64,000 bases of DNA from Myxococcota bacterium (GCA_039028615.1 JBCCHT010000009.1:96001-160000), one strand, 5' to 3'; counted from the stretch's first letter, positions 36,572 to 46,757 are shown. The notes: generated by a model not told the origin, from the letters alone. Numbers and translations: made by a program.

Positions 36572-38725
36572 TTACGGGATGGGGCCCGGGAAGCAGTCGC
36601 CGCCGACGCAGCAGAACTCGGTGAGGATCGTGCAGTCCGGGAGGCACACGAGCATGCCTTGGCTGCCCGCGCCCTGGGACGAGCAGGTCTCGCCGTCGAA
36701 GTCGGTGCCGTCGCACTCTTCGCTGCCTTCTTGCACCCCGTTGCCGCACTGGTGGCAGCTGCTGGTGTTGAAGTCACAGCTCGCCGTGCACGACAGGCTC
36801 CCGCCCGTGAAGCCTTGGCCGACGCAGGTGGCACCGCCCAGGTTGCCGCCGTCACAGTCTTCGCCGGCGTTGATGGCCCCGTCGCCGCACTCGTAGCAGT
36901 TCGAGGTGACGAGGTTGCAGCTGCCGTTGCACGACAGGCTGCCGCCGTCGAAGCCCTGACCCACGCAGGTGTTGCCGCCGAGGTTGGCCGAGTCGCATTG
37001 CTCGCCCGGGTTCACGTCGCCATCGCCACACTCGTAGCACGCCGAGGTGTTGTAGGTGCAGCTACCCGTGCAGCCGAGCGGGCCGCCGTCGAAGCCGAGC
37101 GAGCCGCAGCTGCCGGTCCCGAGGTCGGAGCCGTCGCACTGCTCGCCGCTGTCGAGGTTGCCGTCGCCGCACTCGAAGCACGCGCTGGTGTCGAAGGTGC
37201 ACGAGCCGGAGCACAGCAGCGAGCCGCCGTCGAAGCCCTGGCCGGCGCAGGTGTTGCCGCCCAAGTTGCCGCCGTCGCAGCTCTCGCCCGGGTCGATGCT
37301 CCCGTCGCCGCACTCGTAGCAGGCGGAGGTGTCGAGGTTGCACGAGCCGGTGCACCCCAGCGTGCCGCCGTCGAAGCCGGCGCTGCCGCAGGTGTTGCCG
37401 CCGAGGTTGGTGCCGTCGCACTGCTCACCGGGGTCGACGCTGCCGTCGCCACAGCCCGCGCCCTCGCACGACCCGGTGTCGTAGGTGCAGGTGGGCGAGC
37501 AGCCCAAGGTACCGCTGAAGAAGCCCAGGCTCTGGCAGGTGGCGCCGCCCAGGTCGAGCTGGTCGCACTGCTCGCTGCCGTCGATGGCCCCGTTGCCGCA
37601 GTCGCTACAGCCGGTGGCGTCGAGGCTGCAGGTGGGCGTACACGCCAGCGAGCCGCCCGTGAAGCCCAGATCTTGGCAGGTGGCGCCGCCGAGGTCGTCG
37701 GCGTCGCAGTCCTCGCTGCCGGTCGCGACTCCGTCGCCGCAGGCCGAGCACTCGCTCGAATCGAAGCTGCACTCGGCCGTGCACTGGAGCGCGCCGTCGT
37801 CGAAGCCGAGGTCCTGGCAGGTGGTGCCGCCCAGGTCGGCGCCGTCGCAGTCTTCACCCGGGTCCTGGGTCGCGTCGCCACACGCCGCGCAGCCGTCGGT
37901 GTCGAAGTTGCAGCCCTTGGTGCACTGGAGCACGCCGCCGTCGAAGCCCTGGCTCTCGCAGGTCTCGGCGCCGACGTTGCCGGGCTCGCAGTCCTCGGGC
38001 GGCATGATCGTCCCGTCGCCACAGGCACTGCAGGCCGAGTAGTCGTGGCGACACTCGGCATCGCAGCCGAGCGGCTCGGTCACCTCGCCCAGGTTGACGT
38101 CGGCACAGGTCGAGTTGGCTCCGAGATCCGCGCCGTCGCACTGCTCGTCGCCATCGATGGCCCCGTTGCCGCACTGCGTGCAGTTGGTGGTTTCGAAGGT
38201 GCAGTCGGCCGCGCACGAGAGCGCCCCTCCGGCGAAGCCGATGGAGCCGCACTCGGCATCGGCCAGGTCGGCGCCGTCGCAGTCCTCGCCTTCTTCGGCG
38301 ATGCCGTTGCCGCACTCGGGAGGATCGGGGGGCAGCTGGGGCCCGTCGTCGCCCGACTCGCCGGAGTCCCCGTCCCCCGTCTCGGCGCCGTCGTCCAGCG
38401 GGACGCAGAAGTTGGCCAGCCCCACCACCGCCGCCGCGCCGTAGCGCTGGCCCGAGGCGCAGTTGTCGTCGGGGACGCTACAGTAGCCCGTGTCCTGGCA
38501 GACCCCGGTGGCGCCGCCCTGGAAGCACTGCTCGTTGGTCTGGCACTGGAAGTTGGTGGTGGTGCGGCAGCCGGCCGCCGTCAGCAAACCGAGGGTGAAT
38601 CCGAGCCAAGGGCTCTGCCATTTCCAGCGTCTGCGATCGACCCCCACCGCGGCCAGAGTAACGTGCGCACCGCGGACTCGCCACATCGATCGGCGGTCCG
38701 ACGGACGCGTCGTATTCGTGCGCAC
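36572..38725 (-). CDS. Cys-rich tandem-repeat lipoprotein (12 repeats of about 47 aa)
   Basis: Lipobox TAAGC and the repeat CGxG.....E.CDG..LGG.TC...GF.GG.L.C...C.FDT..C. True start is probably downstream of 38725. Confidence 0.8.
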   Translation of the reverse strand: MRTNTTRPSDRRSMWRVRGAHVTLAAVGVDRRRWKWQSPWLGFTLGLLTAAGCRTTTNFQCQTNEQCFQGGATGVCQDTGYCSVPDDNCASGQRYGAAAVVGLANFCVPLDDGAETGDGDSGESGDDGPQLPPDPPECGNGIAEEGEDCDGADLADAECGSIGFAGGALSCAADCTFETTNCTQCGNGAIDGDEQCDGADLGANSTCADVNLGEVTEPLGCDAECRHDYSACSACGDGTIMPPEDCEPGNVGAETCESQGFDGGVLQCTKGCNFDTDGCAACGDATQDPGEDCDGADLGGTTCQDLGFDDGALQCTAECSFDSSECSACGDGVATGSEDCDADDLGGATCQDLGFTGGSLACTPTCSLDATGCSDCGNGAIDGSEQCDQLDLGGATCQSLGFFSGTLGCSPTCTYDTGSCEGAGCGDGSVDPGEQCDGTNLGGNTCGSAGFDGGTLGCTGSCNLDTSACYECGDGSIDPGESCDGGNLGGNTCAGQGFDGGSLLCSGSCTFDTSACFECGDGNLDSGEQCDGSDLGTGSCGSLGFDGGPLGCTGSCTYNTSACYECGDGDVNPGEQCDSANLGGNTCVGQGFDGGSLSCNGSCNLVTSNCYECGDGAINAGEDCDGGNLGGATCVGQGFTGGSLSCTASCDFNTSSCHQCGNGVQEGSEECDGTDFDGETCSSQGAGSQGMLVCLPDCTILTEFCCVGGDCFPGPIP

Positions 38726-38774
38726 GCCTCTTTCTCTGGCCGAGACGTGCGCACGAGCGCAGGGCGATTTTCGC

Positions 38775-39008
38775 CTAGCGGTGCTCGAAACAGTCCCGGT
38801 CGGGATGGCACGCCTCGGGCACGCACAGCGAGTGATCGGGACCGGTCACGAACTGAGTGCGCAGGCAGTGGTAGCTGCTCGAGCGGCTGGTGACGTACGC
38901 GTCCGGTGTCTCCTGGCCGTAGACGTGCAGCGCTTTCGTTCGCAAGTGGCGGCAGACGGGGGTCCCGGCCTCGAGGTGGTGGCGGCTGTGCTCGTCGAAA
39001 GTGGGCAT
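38775..39008 (-). CDS. Small Cys/His-rich hypothetical protein (77 aa)
   Basis: ATG 12 bp after the FAD-subunit stop, with a GAG RBS-like element. Pattern C.HLRTK...Y.CL.T...GPD...C.PE.C...R.C. Confidence 0.65.
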   Translation of the reverse strand: MPTFDEHSRHHLEAGTPVCRHLRTKALHVYGQETPDAYVTSRSSSYHCLRTQFVTGPDHSLCVPEACHPDRDCFEHR

Positions 39009-39020
39009 GGCGGGTCGCTC

Positions 39021-40034
39021 CTACTCGGGCAATGGAATGTCGGTGGCGTGGTGAAGGGCTTCGCGGAGCAGCCCCTGCACCAGCGGGACCTTGTAGCCGT
39101 TGCCCTCGAGGGGCTGGGCGGGCGCGGTGGCGGCCTCGGCTGCGCGAGCGAACAGCTCGGCACTGGGGGCCTGACCCTCGAGCGCGGACTCGGCCTCGGC
39201 ACTCCGCCACGGAACGGGGGCCACATGCCCCAATCCCACCCGAACGTCGCGGAGCGTGCCCCCCTCGAGGCGCAGGCGAACGCTCGCCTCGGCCAGCGGC
39301 CAGTCCTGCGACTGCTTTTCCTTGGCGGTGGCGTAGGCGGAGCGCTGCTGCTTGCCCGGCGCCGGCAGGTGCACCGAGAGCAACACCTCGCCCGCCTTCA
39401 GGCTGTGCTCGCGCATCGGGTCGACCGTCGGCCCGATGAAGAGCTTTTCGATCGGCATGCGCCGGGTCTTGCCGCCCGGGCTCCACACCTCGATCTCGGC
39501 ATCGAGGGCCACCAGCGGTGAACCCAGGCTCGAGGGGTGCACGATGTAGCTGGGGCCGCCGCCGAGGATCGCGTGGTAGCGATGGTCGCCGGTCAGGGCG
39601 AGGCACATGTCGCCGCCCTTTTTGAGGCACACGAGGTCGGAGTGGCGGTAGTACCAGCAGCGCGGTCGCTGCAGCAGGTTGCCGCCCACGGTGGCCGCGT
39701 TGCGGATGCCCGGCGTGGCCGCGATGCCGGCCGCCTGGGCCACGGCCCGGAACGCGTCGGGCAGGGCATCGAAGCCGCTGAGCTGGCCCAGGGTGACCAA
39801 GGCCCCGATACGCAGGCTGCCGTCGGAGCCGGACTCGATGCCCCGCAGGGCCTTGCCCTCTTCGCCGCCGATGGCGTGCAGCTCGACCAGCTCGTCGGGG
39901 GCGTCGAGGCCCTCTTTCATGCGGTCGATGAGGTCGATGCCGCCCGCACGAAACACGCGGGCGTCGTCGCGGGCGGTGACCCGTGCGCTGGCGTCTTGGA
40001 GCGTGGGCACGCGAACGATGGAGAAGCGGTTCAT
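39021..40034 (-). CDS. Xanthine dehydrogenase family FAD-binding subunit (PaoB/YagS-like)
   Basis: AGG.DL...MK, IRN.AT.GGNLLQRPRCWYYR, HPS, GHVAPVPWR and N.YKV.L. Confidence 0.9.
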   Translation of the reverse strand: MNRFSIVRVPTLQDASARVTARDDARVFRAGGIDLIDRMKEGLDAPDELVELHAIGGEEGKALRGIESGSDGSLRIGALVTLGQLSGFDALPDAFRAVAQAAGIAATPGIRNAATVGGNLLQRPRCWYYRHSDLVCLKKGGDMCLALTGDHRYHAILGGGPSYIVHPSSLGSPLVALDAEIEVWSPGGKTRRMPIEKLFIGPTVDPMREHSLKAGEVLLSVHLPAPGKQQRSAYATAKEKQSQDWPLAEASVRLRLEGGTLRDVRVGLGHVAPVPWRSAEAESALEGQAPSAELFARAAEAATAPAQPLEGNGYKVPLVQGLLREALHHATDIPLPE

Positions 40035-42403
40035 CGGCTCGTCCCCTTGGCGAGGGTGGTGACGGAGGGCTTGGACTTGCCCGGGACCTTGCCCAGCGCG
40101 GCGAGGACCCGCGCCGGAGTGATGGGCAGCTGCCGCACCGGAGCGCCCAGGGCGTCGAAGACCGCACAGGCGATGGCGGCTGCGGTGGGAATGGTGGAGG
40201 GCTCGCCGATGCCGGCCGCCCCCGTGCTGTTGGCGCCCGTATAGACCTCGGTGAGCACCACGTCGATCTTCGGCACGTCGCGGGCGCCCAAGATCTTGTA
40301 GCTCTCGAGGTTGGGGTTGAGCATGCGACCGAGGTCGTTGTCGAGCACGCGCTCCTCCATGAGGGCGTAGCTCGTGCCCAGGATGACCCCGCCGTTGATC
40401 TGGCTGCGTAGGGTCAGCTCGTTCATCACCCGACCGCAGTCGTGCAGGGCGAGGACCTCGGTGGCTCGGACCTCGCCGGTCCAGGTGTCGACCTCGACCT
40501 CGGCGAACTGGATGCCCGCGATCTGGTGCATGGGAGCGCCGGGCAAGGGCAGAGGCGCGTTGCCGTAGGTGCGCGGCCGCGTGCCCGTGGCCACGATGGA
40601 CTCGCCCTCGATCTTCTTGCACAGCTGGGTGAAGGTGATCGAAGAGTCGCCGCCGTGGGCGGTGCCTTCGTCGTCCCAGCGGACCTTGCTGGGGTCGACC
40701 TTCAGGCGCTCGGCCGCCAGCGCGGTGAGCTCGACCTTGGCCTTCTCGCAGGCGTTGCGCACGGCCGGGGTCACGCTGGAGGTGGTCTGCGACCCGCCGC
40801 TGCCCACCGACGAGCCGAACTCGCTGCGGCCGTAGCGGACCCGAATGGTCTCGAGCGGGCGGTGGAACACCTCGGCGCCGATCTGCGCCAGCACGGTGGC
40901 AATGCCCCCGCCGATGTCCTGCACCCCGTTTTTGACCTCGATGGTGCCGTCGCGGTGGATCTCGGCCGTGGCCACGGCGGCCCGGCCTCGACCGAAGTCA
41001 CCCCAGATGGAGGCGGCCACGCCCACGCCGCGTCGCAGCCGGGTCTTGCGGGCTCGCATGTCGGCGGAGCGACGACGACGCTCGACCCAGCCGAAGCGCT
41101 CGCGACCGTGCTCGAGCTGTTTCTTTCGCACCGGGTGCTCGTCGTGGTCCAGGCGCATCTGCACCGGATCGATGTCCATCGCCGCGCCCAGCTCGTCCAT
41201 GGCCAGCTCGAGCGCGAACGCCCCTTGCGGGTGTCCGGGCGCCCGCATGGCCGTGCCCGGGCCGCCGTTGGTGAACACGTCGTGGGCCTTGACCAGCACG
41301 TGCGGGCACTTGGTGTAGATGCCGGTCGCGTTGCGCCCGATGCCCGCGCCCGTGCCCACGCCCGCCGTGCCGTGCGACTCGATCTCGATGGCGTGCAGCA
41401 AGCCCTTGCGGCCGCCGAGCTTCACCTTCTGCCGCGAGTCGGGCCGGTTGCCCGTGCACACGTGCTCCTCGTGGCGATCGCACATCAGCTTGACCGGGAC
41501 CTTGGCCTTCTTCGCGAGCTCGCCCGCGATGAAGCCGAGCCGGCTGCCGGGCGCGCTGGCGCCGAACTTGGCTCCGAAGCCGCCGCCCAGGTAGTCGGTG
41601 ATGACGTGCACGTCTTGGGAGCGGAGCCCGAAGATCCCCGCCATCTCGTCGCGCACGCTGAAGATGGCCTGGGTCGAGGCCCACACCGTCATCGCCGAGT
41701 CCGAGTCCCAGCGCACGAGCAACCCGTGGGTCTCGAGCGCGGAATGGGTCTGGACCTGGGTGATGTAGGTGGCCTCGTGGACGACCTGCGACTCCTTGAA
41801 GCCCTTGGCCGTGTCGCCGCGTTGGGAGGGGGGCAAGGGGCGAACGTTGCCCTGGAGCGTGCCGCCGCCGCCCGTGCCGGGCTCGTCACCCTCGGTGCGT
41901 CGCTCTTTGATTGGGGCCGAGTGCACGATGGCCGACTTGGGTCGCATCGCGCCTTCGGTGTCGACCACGTAAGGCAGCTGCTCGTACTCGACCACGATAT
42001 GGTCGAGGGCATCCCGCGCTTGCTCGGGTCGATCGGCCGCGATGGCGGCGACGTCCTGGCCGGCGAAGCGCAGCACGCTGCCGGGCTCGGCCACGGCAAT
42101 GACCGCCTTGACGCCCGGCTGCTTCTTCGCCGCCCCGAGATCGATGGACTTGATCCGCGCCGCCGGATGGGGACTCCGCAGCACGGCGGCCCACAGCATG
42201 CCGGGCACCGCGATGTCGAAGGTGTACTTGGCGCGGCCGCTGACCTTGAGGTGGCCGTCGATCCGCGGCACCGGCTTGCCCACCACCTTGAGCTTGGTAT
42301 CGGCGTCCCAGGGTCGGGGCTCGCTGTCGGGCACGGTGACCGACTGCTTGCGGACGTTGCCCTCGAAGCCCAGCTTGAGCGTCTCTTTGCGGTTGTCGGG
42401 CAT
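40031..42403 (-). CDS. Xanthine dehydrogenase family molybdopterin-binding subunit (PaoC/YagR-like)
   Basis: RIDG..KV.G.AKYT.D, GGGFGAK, AMRAPG, QDIG.G, SGGS and GIGEP. Confidence 0.92.
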   Translation of the reverse strand: MPDNRKETLKLGFEGNVRKQSVTVPDSEPRPWDADTKLKVVGKPVPRIDGHLKVSGRAKYTFDIAVPGMLWAAVLRSPHPAARIKSIDLGAAKKQPGVKAVIAVAEPGSVLRFAGQDVAAIAADRPEQARDALDHIVVEYEQLPYVVDTEGAMRPKSAIVHSAPIKERRTEGDEPGTGGGGTLQGNVRPLPPSQRGDTAKGFKESQVVHEATYITQVQTHSALETHGLLVRWDSDSAMTVWASTQAIFSVRDEMAGIFGLRSQDVHVITDYLGGGFGAKFGASAPGSRLGFIAGELAKKAKVPVKLMCDRHEEHVCTGNRPDSRQKVKLGGRKGLLHAIEIESHGTAGVGTGAGIGRNATGIYTKCPHVLVKAHDVFTNGGPGTAMRAPGHPQGAFALELAMDELGAAMDIDPVQMRLDHDEHPVRKKQLEHGRERFGWVERRRRSADMRARKTRLRRGVGVAASIWGDFGRGRAAVATAEIHRDGTIEVKNGVQDIGGGIATVLAQIGAEVFHRPLETIRVRYGRSEFGSSVGSGGSQTTSSVTPAVRNACEKAKVELTALAAERLKVDPSKVRWDDEGTAHGGDSSITFTQLCKKIEGESIVATGTRPRTYGNAPLPLPGAPMHQIAGIQFAEVEVDTWTGEVRATEVLALHDCGRVMNELTLRSQINGGVILGTSYALMEERVLDNDLGRMLNPNLESYKILGARDVPKIDVVLTEVYTGANSTGAAGIGEPSTIPTAAAIACAVFDALGAPVRQLPITPARVLAALGKVPGKSKPSVTTLAKGTSR

Positions 42404-43038
42404 CAGGCCTCTCCCCTCTGGCCCGCGGCCTCGAGCACCGCGGCCACCACATGGGGGTAGGTGCCGCAGCGGCACAGGTTGCCGGAAATCGCGTCCTCCA
42501 CGTGCTCGGCGGTCATCGCCTCACCCTTGGGGTGACGGCGCAGCAACGAGGTGCAGGAGATCAACATGCCGGAGGTACAAAAGCCGCACTGCAGGGCGTC
42601 GTGCTTGACGAAAGCCGCCTGTAGGGCGCTCAGTTCCTCGCCTTCGGCCAGCCCCTCCACGGTGGTCACGTCGCGGCCGGCCACGTCGTGGGCGAGCATC
42701 ATGCAGCTGTTGCGCGGCAGGCCATCCACGATCACGAGGCAGGCACTGCACGAACCGCGATCACACACGACCTTGGGGCCCGTGGTGTCGAGGTCGATGC
42801 GTAGTGCCTCGAGCAACGTGGTGCGGGGCTCGACCGAGGTCTCGACCGGCGTGCCGTTCAAAGAAAAACGAAGGGGGGAGGGGTCGGGGCCGAGCTCGGC
42901 GGGGGCGGTGGCGTCGTCCACTGCCGCTCCGTCCGGGGGTCCTTCGGTCCCGTTGCCACGAACGCAGCTGCTGACCAGCGTCGCCGTGCCTACACCTCGA
43001 AACAACCCCCGTCGAGTCAGCTTGGTGCGTTCTGACAT
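42403..43038 (-). CDS. 2Fe-2S subunit with a Tat (lipo)signal (PaoA/YagT-like)
   Basis: TRRGLF...VSSC, CDRGSCSAC...SC, QCGFC and GNLCRC. Confidence 0.92.
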   Translation of the reverse strand: MSERTKLTRRGLFRGVGTATLVSSCVRGNGTEGPPDGAAVDDATAPAELGPDPSPLRFSLNGTPVETSVEPRTTLLEALRIDLDTTGPKVVCDRGSCSACLVIVDGLPRNSCMMLAHDVAGRDVTTVEGLAEGEELSALQAAFVKHDALQCGFCTSGMLISCTSLLRRHPKGEAMTAEHVEDAISGNLCRCGTYPHVVAAVLEAAGQRGEA

Positions 43039-43074
43039 CCCGCGCAGGATATCAGCTCGTGTCGGGGGCCGAGT

Positions 43075-43908
43075 TCAGGGCGCAGTCGGCGTCGACCAGA
43101 AGGGCGCGTAGGCTTGTTCGCGGTTGCGGTGGATGTCGACGAGGCAGGCCTCGAGTCGCTCTCGGCCGTCGCCTTGGGCCACGCCCTCGAAATTCTTGCG
43201 GGCGATGTCGGCGGACAGCGACGAGTCGGGCTGGACGCTGCGCTCGAGGATCGCCACCAGTCGCGGATCGAGGCGCTCGGCCTCGGCCAGGAGCTTGGCG
43301 TGGGACGCTTGCTGGGCCTGAAACCGGACTTGGTCGAGGACCTCGGCTCGCACGCATTGGATCACCGGATCCGGAGTCCGTCGCAGCAGGGGCACGAGGC
43401 TGTCGGGGGTCAGGCGCGGGGGCTTCTCTCCCGGTTCCATGATCCCGCTGCGCGGGTGGAAGCCCACCATGAAGAACGTGGGCACGGGCAGCTCGTCGTA
43501 GAGGGCGCGGACTTGCTTGACGAACACGTCGAAGGGTCGCGCATGCTCCCACTGCAGCGCGGACGTCGAGCGTACGAAGGTGATCAGGATGATCTCCGCG
43601 TCCGGAGCGTCCGCGACCACCGCGGCGATGCGAGCGGCGACGCGCTCGGGGGTCGCCGGGTCGTCGTAGACGAGCGGTCGATGCACTCGCGCTTGCTCGC
43701 GGCTGCGGCGAGCGAAGGGGCACAGGCCGAGCTGCTCCACCACTTCGAGCAAGTAGCGGTCGTGGACCGCATGCACCACCGACGGCGGCGGGGCGCCGGG
43801 AGGCGCCGATTCATCGTGACGGCATGCACCCTCCACGGGCACCGAGTGTACGGCGGCCGCTGCCCCTCGCGGAACTCCCTCGGGGTCGGGACGCGCGAGT
43901 TCCAGCAC
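43075..43908 (-). CDS. Hypothetical protein, DUF1415-like
   Basis: VVE.LGLCPFA, FHP and RRTP.P.IQ..R motifs. Confidence 0.65.
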   Translation of the reverse strand: MLELARPDPEGVPRGAAAAVHSVPVEGACRHDESAPPGAPPPSVVHAVHDRYLLEVVEQLGLCPFARRSREQARVHRPLVYDDPATPERVAARIAAVVADAPDAEIILITFVRSTSALQWEHARPFDVFVKQVRALYDELPVPTFFMVGFHPRSGIMEPGEKPPRLTPDSLVPLLRRTPDPVIQCVRAEVLDQVRFQAQQASHAKLLAEAERLDPRLVAILERSVQPDSSLSADIARKNFEGVAQGDGRERLEACLVDIHRNREQAYAPFWSTPTAP

Positions 43909-43927
43909 GGACTGCTATGGTCGTGAG

Positions 43928-45655
43928 GTGGCGCCGTCGGCCGAGTCAGGGCAGCAAGGCCCCGAAGCGCCCGTGCGCGAGCGTCTACCGCATTGGCTGA
44001 GCCTGCTGCTGCTGGGGCTGGTGCTGCTGCGGGTCGGCTATCACGCCAGCTACCTGACCGACGATCCTTTTGCCCTGGCCACGTTCTCGGACGGGCGGGT
44101 GTACGAACAGGCCGCGCTGGACCTGCTCGAGCACCCGCCGCTGGGGAGCCGCCCGTTCTACTTGCAGGGGCTGTACGCGGCTCAGCTGGCGCTGCCCATG
44201 GCGATCGTGCCGTGGATCTCGCTGGCCATGCTGCTCCAGCTGACCCTGGCCGGCCTGGCGCTTTGGGGCTTGTTTCGCGCTATGGCGTGGGTGGTGGGGC
44301 GCCGCGAAGCCGCGATGGGGCTGGCGGTGCTGTTGGCCTATCCCGGCCTGGCCTTCTACGAAAACAAGTACCTCACCGCGTCGCTCGGGGTGGTGACCAT
44401 GGCGCTGATGGTCATCGCCTTGGCCCGGCTTCAGCGTCGGCCCACCGCAAAGGCGGTGGTGGGGCTCGGGGTCGCGACCGGGTTGGCCGTGCTCGCTCGG
44501 GGCAACATGCTGCTGGCGGTCCCCGGGGTCGCGATGGCGGCGGTGCTCGTGTGGCGGCAGACCGACCAGGCTCGCTGGCGCGCGGTGGCGTGGTTGTCGC
44601 TCGGCCTGGCGTTGGCGCTGGGCCCCATGGCGGCTCGCAACGCCATCGTCATCGGTCGCCCCGCCGTCATGCCGGCCCATGGCGGCGGCACTTCCTTCTA
44701 TATCGGCAACAACCGACACGCCCGCGGGGTCTGGAACAACGCGGGCGGGCTCATCAGCGGCGAGGTGGTGCACGAGCGCGAGGAGCTCGTGACCGAGCTG
44801 GGCGTGGCCCCCGGCTCCGAGAGCGAGCAGGCCGCGGCGATCGGCCGGGCCCTGTATCGGCGAGCCTTCGACGAGATGGCCGAAGACCCCGGGGCATGGG
44901 TGTGGCTCGAGCTCCGCAAGACGTGGCTGATGGTGGGCAACGACGAGCTCACCCAGGACTACGACGTCTACGGCGAGCGGGAGATGCTGCCCTGGTGGAG
45001 CGGTCGAGGCCTGCCGTTTTCGGTGTTGCTCGCGCTCGGCTGCGTGGGAGCGATCGCCACCGTCCGTCGGGTGGCCGCGGGCCAGCTCGAGGCCTCGCAC
45101 TGGCGACCTTGGTGGTGGATGCTCGGCTTCCAGGCGCTCGCGGTCGTGGCCGCCAACCTGCTGTTCTTCACGTCGGCCCAGCATCGGGTGCCCCTGGTCG
45201 TGCCGTTGGTGGTGTTCATCGGCCCCGGCATCGACTGGCTGGTGCGCGGGCGCAGCCACGAGGCCGCCGCGAAGGGCCGCAGGTGGTGGTGGGGCTCGGT
45301 GATCCTGGCGGTGGTGATCCTGGGACAGGCGGCTCAGCCTCGGCACAAGCGACACGAACCGAGCGCGGTGCACTACTACAACCTCGCGCTGGCCCACGTG
45401 CGTCTGGGACAGCCGAAGCTGGCCATTGCGGCGTTCGATCGGGCGGTGGAACGCCGGCCCGACCATCCCGTCATTCGCCTCGAGCGGGCGGTGCTGCATC
45501 GTCGTCGGGGGCACCTCGACCAAGCCCAAGCCGATCTCGACGTCCTGCGGGGTCTGCCGGAGTCCACGAGCTGGGTGCAGCAGCGGGTCGCCGACGAGCA
45601 GCGGCGAGTGATCGCGCTGCGCCGGGTCGAGGCCGCCAGCCGTCGGCGGCGTTGA
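43928..45655 (+). CDS. GT-C (family 39/PMT-like) glycosyltransferase with a C-terminal TPR
   Basis: Multiple TM helices, SD...Y, RN......GG..FYIGNN..A.G, R.P and a TPR (YYNLALA...G....AI..F..A). Confidence 0.75.
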   Translation: MAPSAESGQQGPEAPVRERLPHWLSLLLLGLVLLRVGYHASYLTDDPFALATFSDGRVYEQAALDLLEHPPLGSRPFYLQGLYAAQLALPMAIVPWISLAMLLQLTLAGLALWGLFRAMAWVVGRREAAMGLAVLLAYPGLAFYENKYLTASLGVVTMALMVIALARLQRRPTAKAVVGLGVATGLAVLARGNMLLAVPGVAMAAVLVWRQTDQARWRAVAWLSLGLALALGPMAARNAIVIGRPAVMPAHGGGTSFYIGNNRHARGVWNNAGGLISGEVVHEREELVTELGVAPGSESEQAAAIGRALYRRAFDEMAEDPGAWVWLELRKTWLMVGNDELTQDYDVYGEREMLPWWSGRGLPFSVLLALGCVGAIATVRRVAAGQLEASHWRPWWWMLGFQALAVVAANLLFFTSAQHRVPLVVPLVVFIGPGIDWLVRGRSHEAAAKGRRWWWGSVILAVVILGQAAQPRHKRHEPSAVHYYNLALAHVRLGQPKLAIAAFDRAVERRPDHPVIRLERAVLHRRRGHLDQAQADLDVLRGLPESTSWVQQRVADEQRRVIALRRVEAASRRRR

Positions 45656-45695
45656 GCGCTTGCTCGCCCGGGTCGGCCGTTGCACCCTGACCTTC

Positions 45696-46757
45696 GTGAC
45701 TCGAGAGGCTGCGACCGAGGCCCAGGCCCGCGAGGTTCTTCCCGCCTTCGGCATCACGCCGGCCACCGTCGGCCCGCTGGGGCACGGGCTCATCAATGAC
45801 ACCTTCGCCGTGAGCGGGCCCGACGGGGACTACGTGCTCCAGCGGGTGCACCCCGTGTTCGCGCCCGAGATCCACCTCAACATCGCCGCGGTGACCCAGC
45901 ACCTGGTGCGCAAGTCCATGGTGACTCCGCGGCTCGTCTACAGCCTCGACGGCAGCCCTTGGGTCGAGCGCGGGGGGAAGGTCTGGCGGCTGATGACCCG
46001 GATGCCCGGGGTCAGCGTCGACGCGGCCGACGACCCGGCGCAGGCTCATGCGGCGGCACGGCTGCTGGGGCGGTTTCACTCCGCGCTCGACGACCTCGAG
46101 CACGAGTTCGTGGGGTTGCGGGCCAACGTGCACGATACCCCCACGCACCTGCAGCGGCTCCGCGATGCCGTCGAGCAGCACCCGGGACACCGACTCTTCG
46201 CTCAGGTCGAGCCGATCGCCCACCAGATCCTGCGCCAGGCCGAGACCTTGCCGCCGCTGGCCGGGGCACGCACCCGCATCGTGCACGGTGACCCCAAGCT
46301 CAACAACGTGCTCTTCGAAAGCGACACCGGCCCGGGGCGGCGGCAGGCCCAGTGCTGGATCGATCTCGACACGGTGGCGCCGATGTCCCTGGCCGTCGAG
46401 CTGGGCGATGCATGGCGCTCGTGGTGCAACCGCAGCGGCGAGGACGAGGCCGAGGCTCGCTTCGACGCCGAGGTCTTCGAGGCCTCGTGGCGGGGCTATC
46501 GGGCGGGGTGCACCCTGGAGCTCGACGCCGACGAGCGCGAGGGGCTGCTGCACGGCGTCGAGTGGATCACGCTCGAGCTCGCCGCTCGTTTCACCGCGGA
46601 CGCGTTGTTCGAGAACTACTTCGGGTGGGACTCCAGCCGCTTCGCCAGCGCGGGAGACCACAACCTGCGGCGGGCGCAAGGGCAGTGGTCGCTGCACCAC
46701 GCGGTCATGAAGGCCAGGGTCGAGAGGGCGCGAATCCTGTCCGCCGATGGCGCTTGA
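45696..46757 (+). CDS. Aminoglycoside phosphotransferase family protein (N-acetylhexosamine-1-kinase-like)
   Basis: GLINDTF, YVLQR, HDTP, HGDPKLNNVLF, IDLDT, LELAARF..D and HNL.RA..Q. Confidence 0.85.
   Translation: MTREAATEAQAREVLPAFGITPATVGPLGHGLINDTFAVSGPDGDYVLQRVHPVFAPEIHLNIAAVTQHLVRKSMVTPRLVYSLDGSPWVERGGKVWRLMTRMPGVSVDAADDPAQAHAAARLLGRFHSALDDLEHEFVGLRANVHDTPTHLQRLRDAVEQHPGHRLFAQVEPIAHQILRQAETLPPLAGARTRIVHGDPKLNNVLFESDTGPGRRQAQCWIDLDTVAPMSLAVELGDAWRSWCNRSGEDEAEARFDAEVFEASWRGYRAGCTLELDADEREGLLHGVEWITLELAARFTADALFENYFGWDSSRFASAGDHNLRRAQGQWSLHHAVMKARVERARILSADGA

Noticed and set aside
36572..38320. Regular DNA periodicity as a CRISPR or non-coding repeat array
   Set aside because: Fully explained by in-frame protein repeats with synonymous variation.
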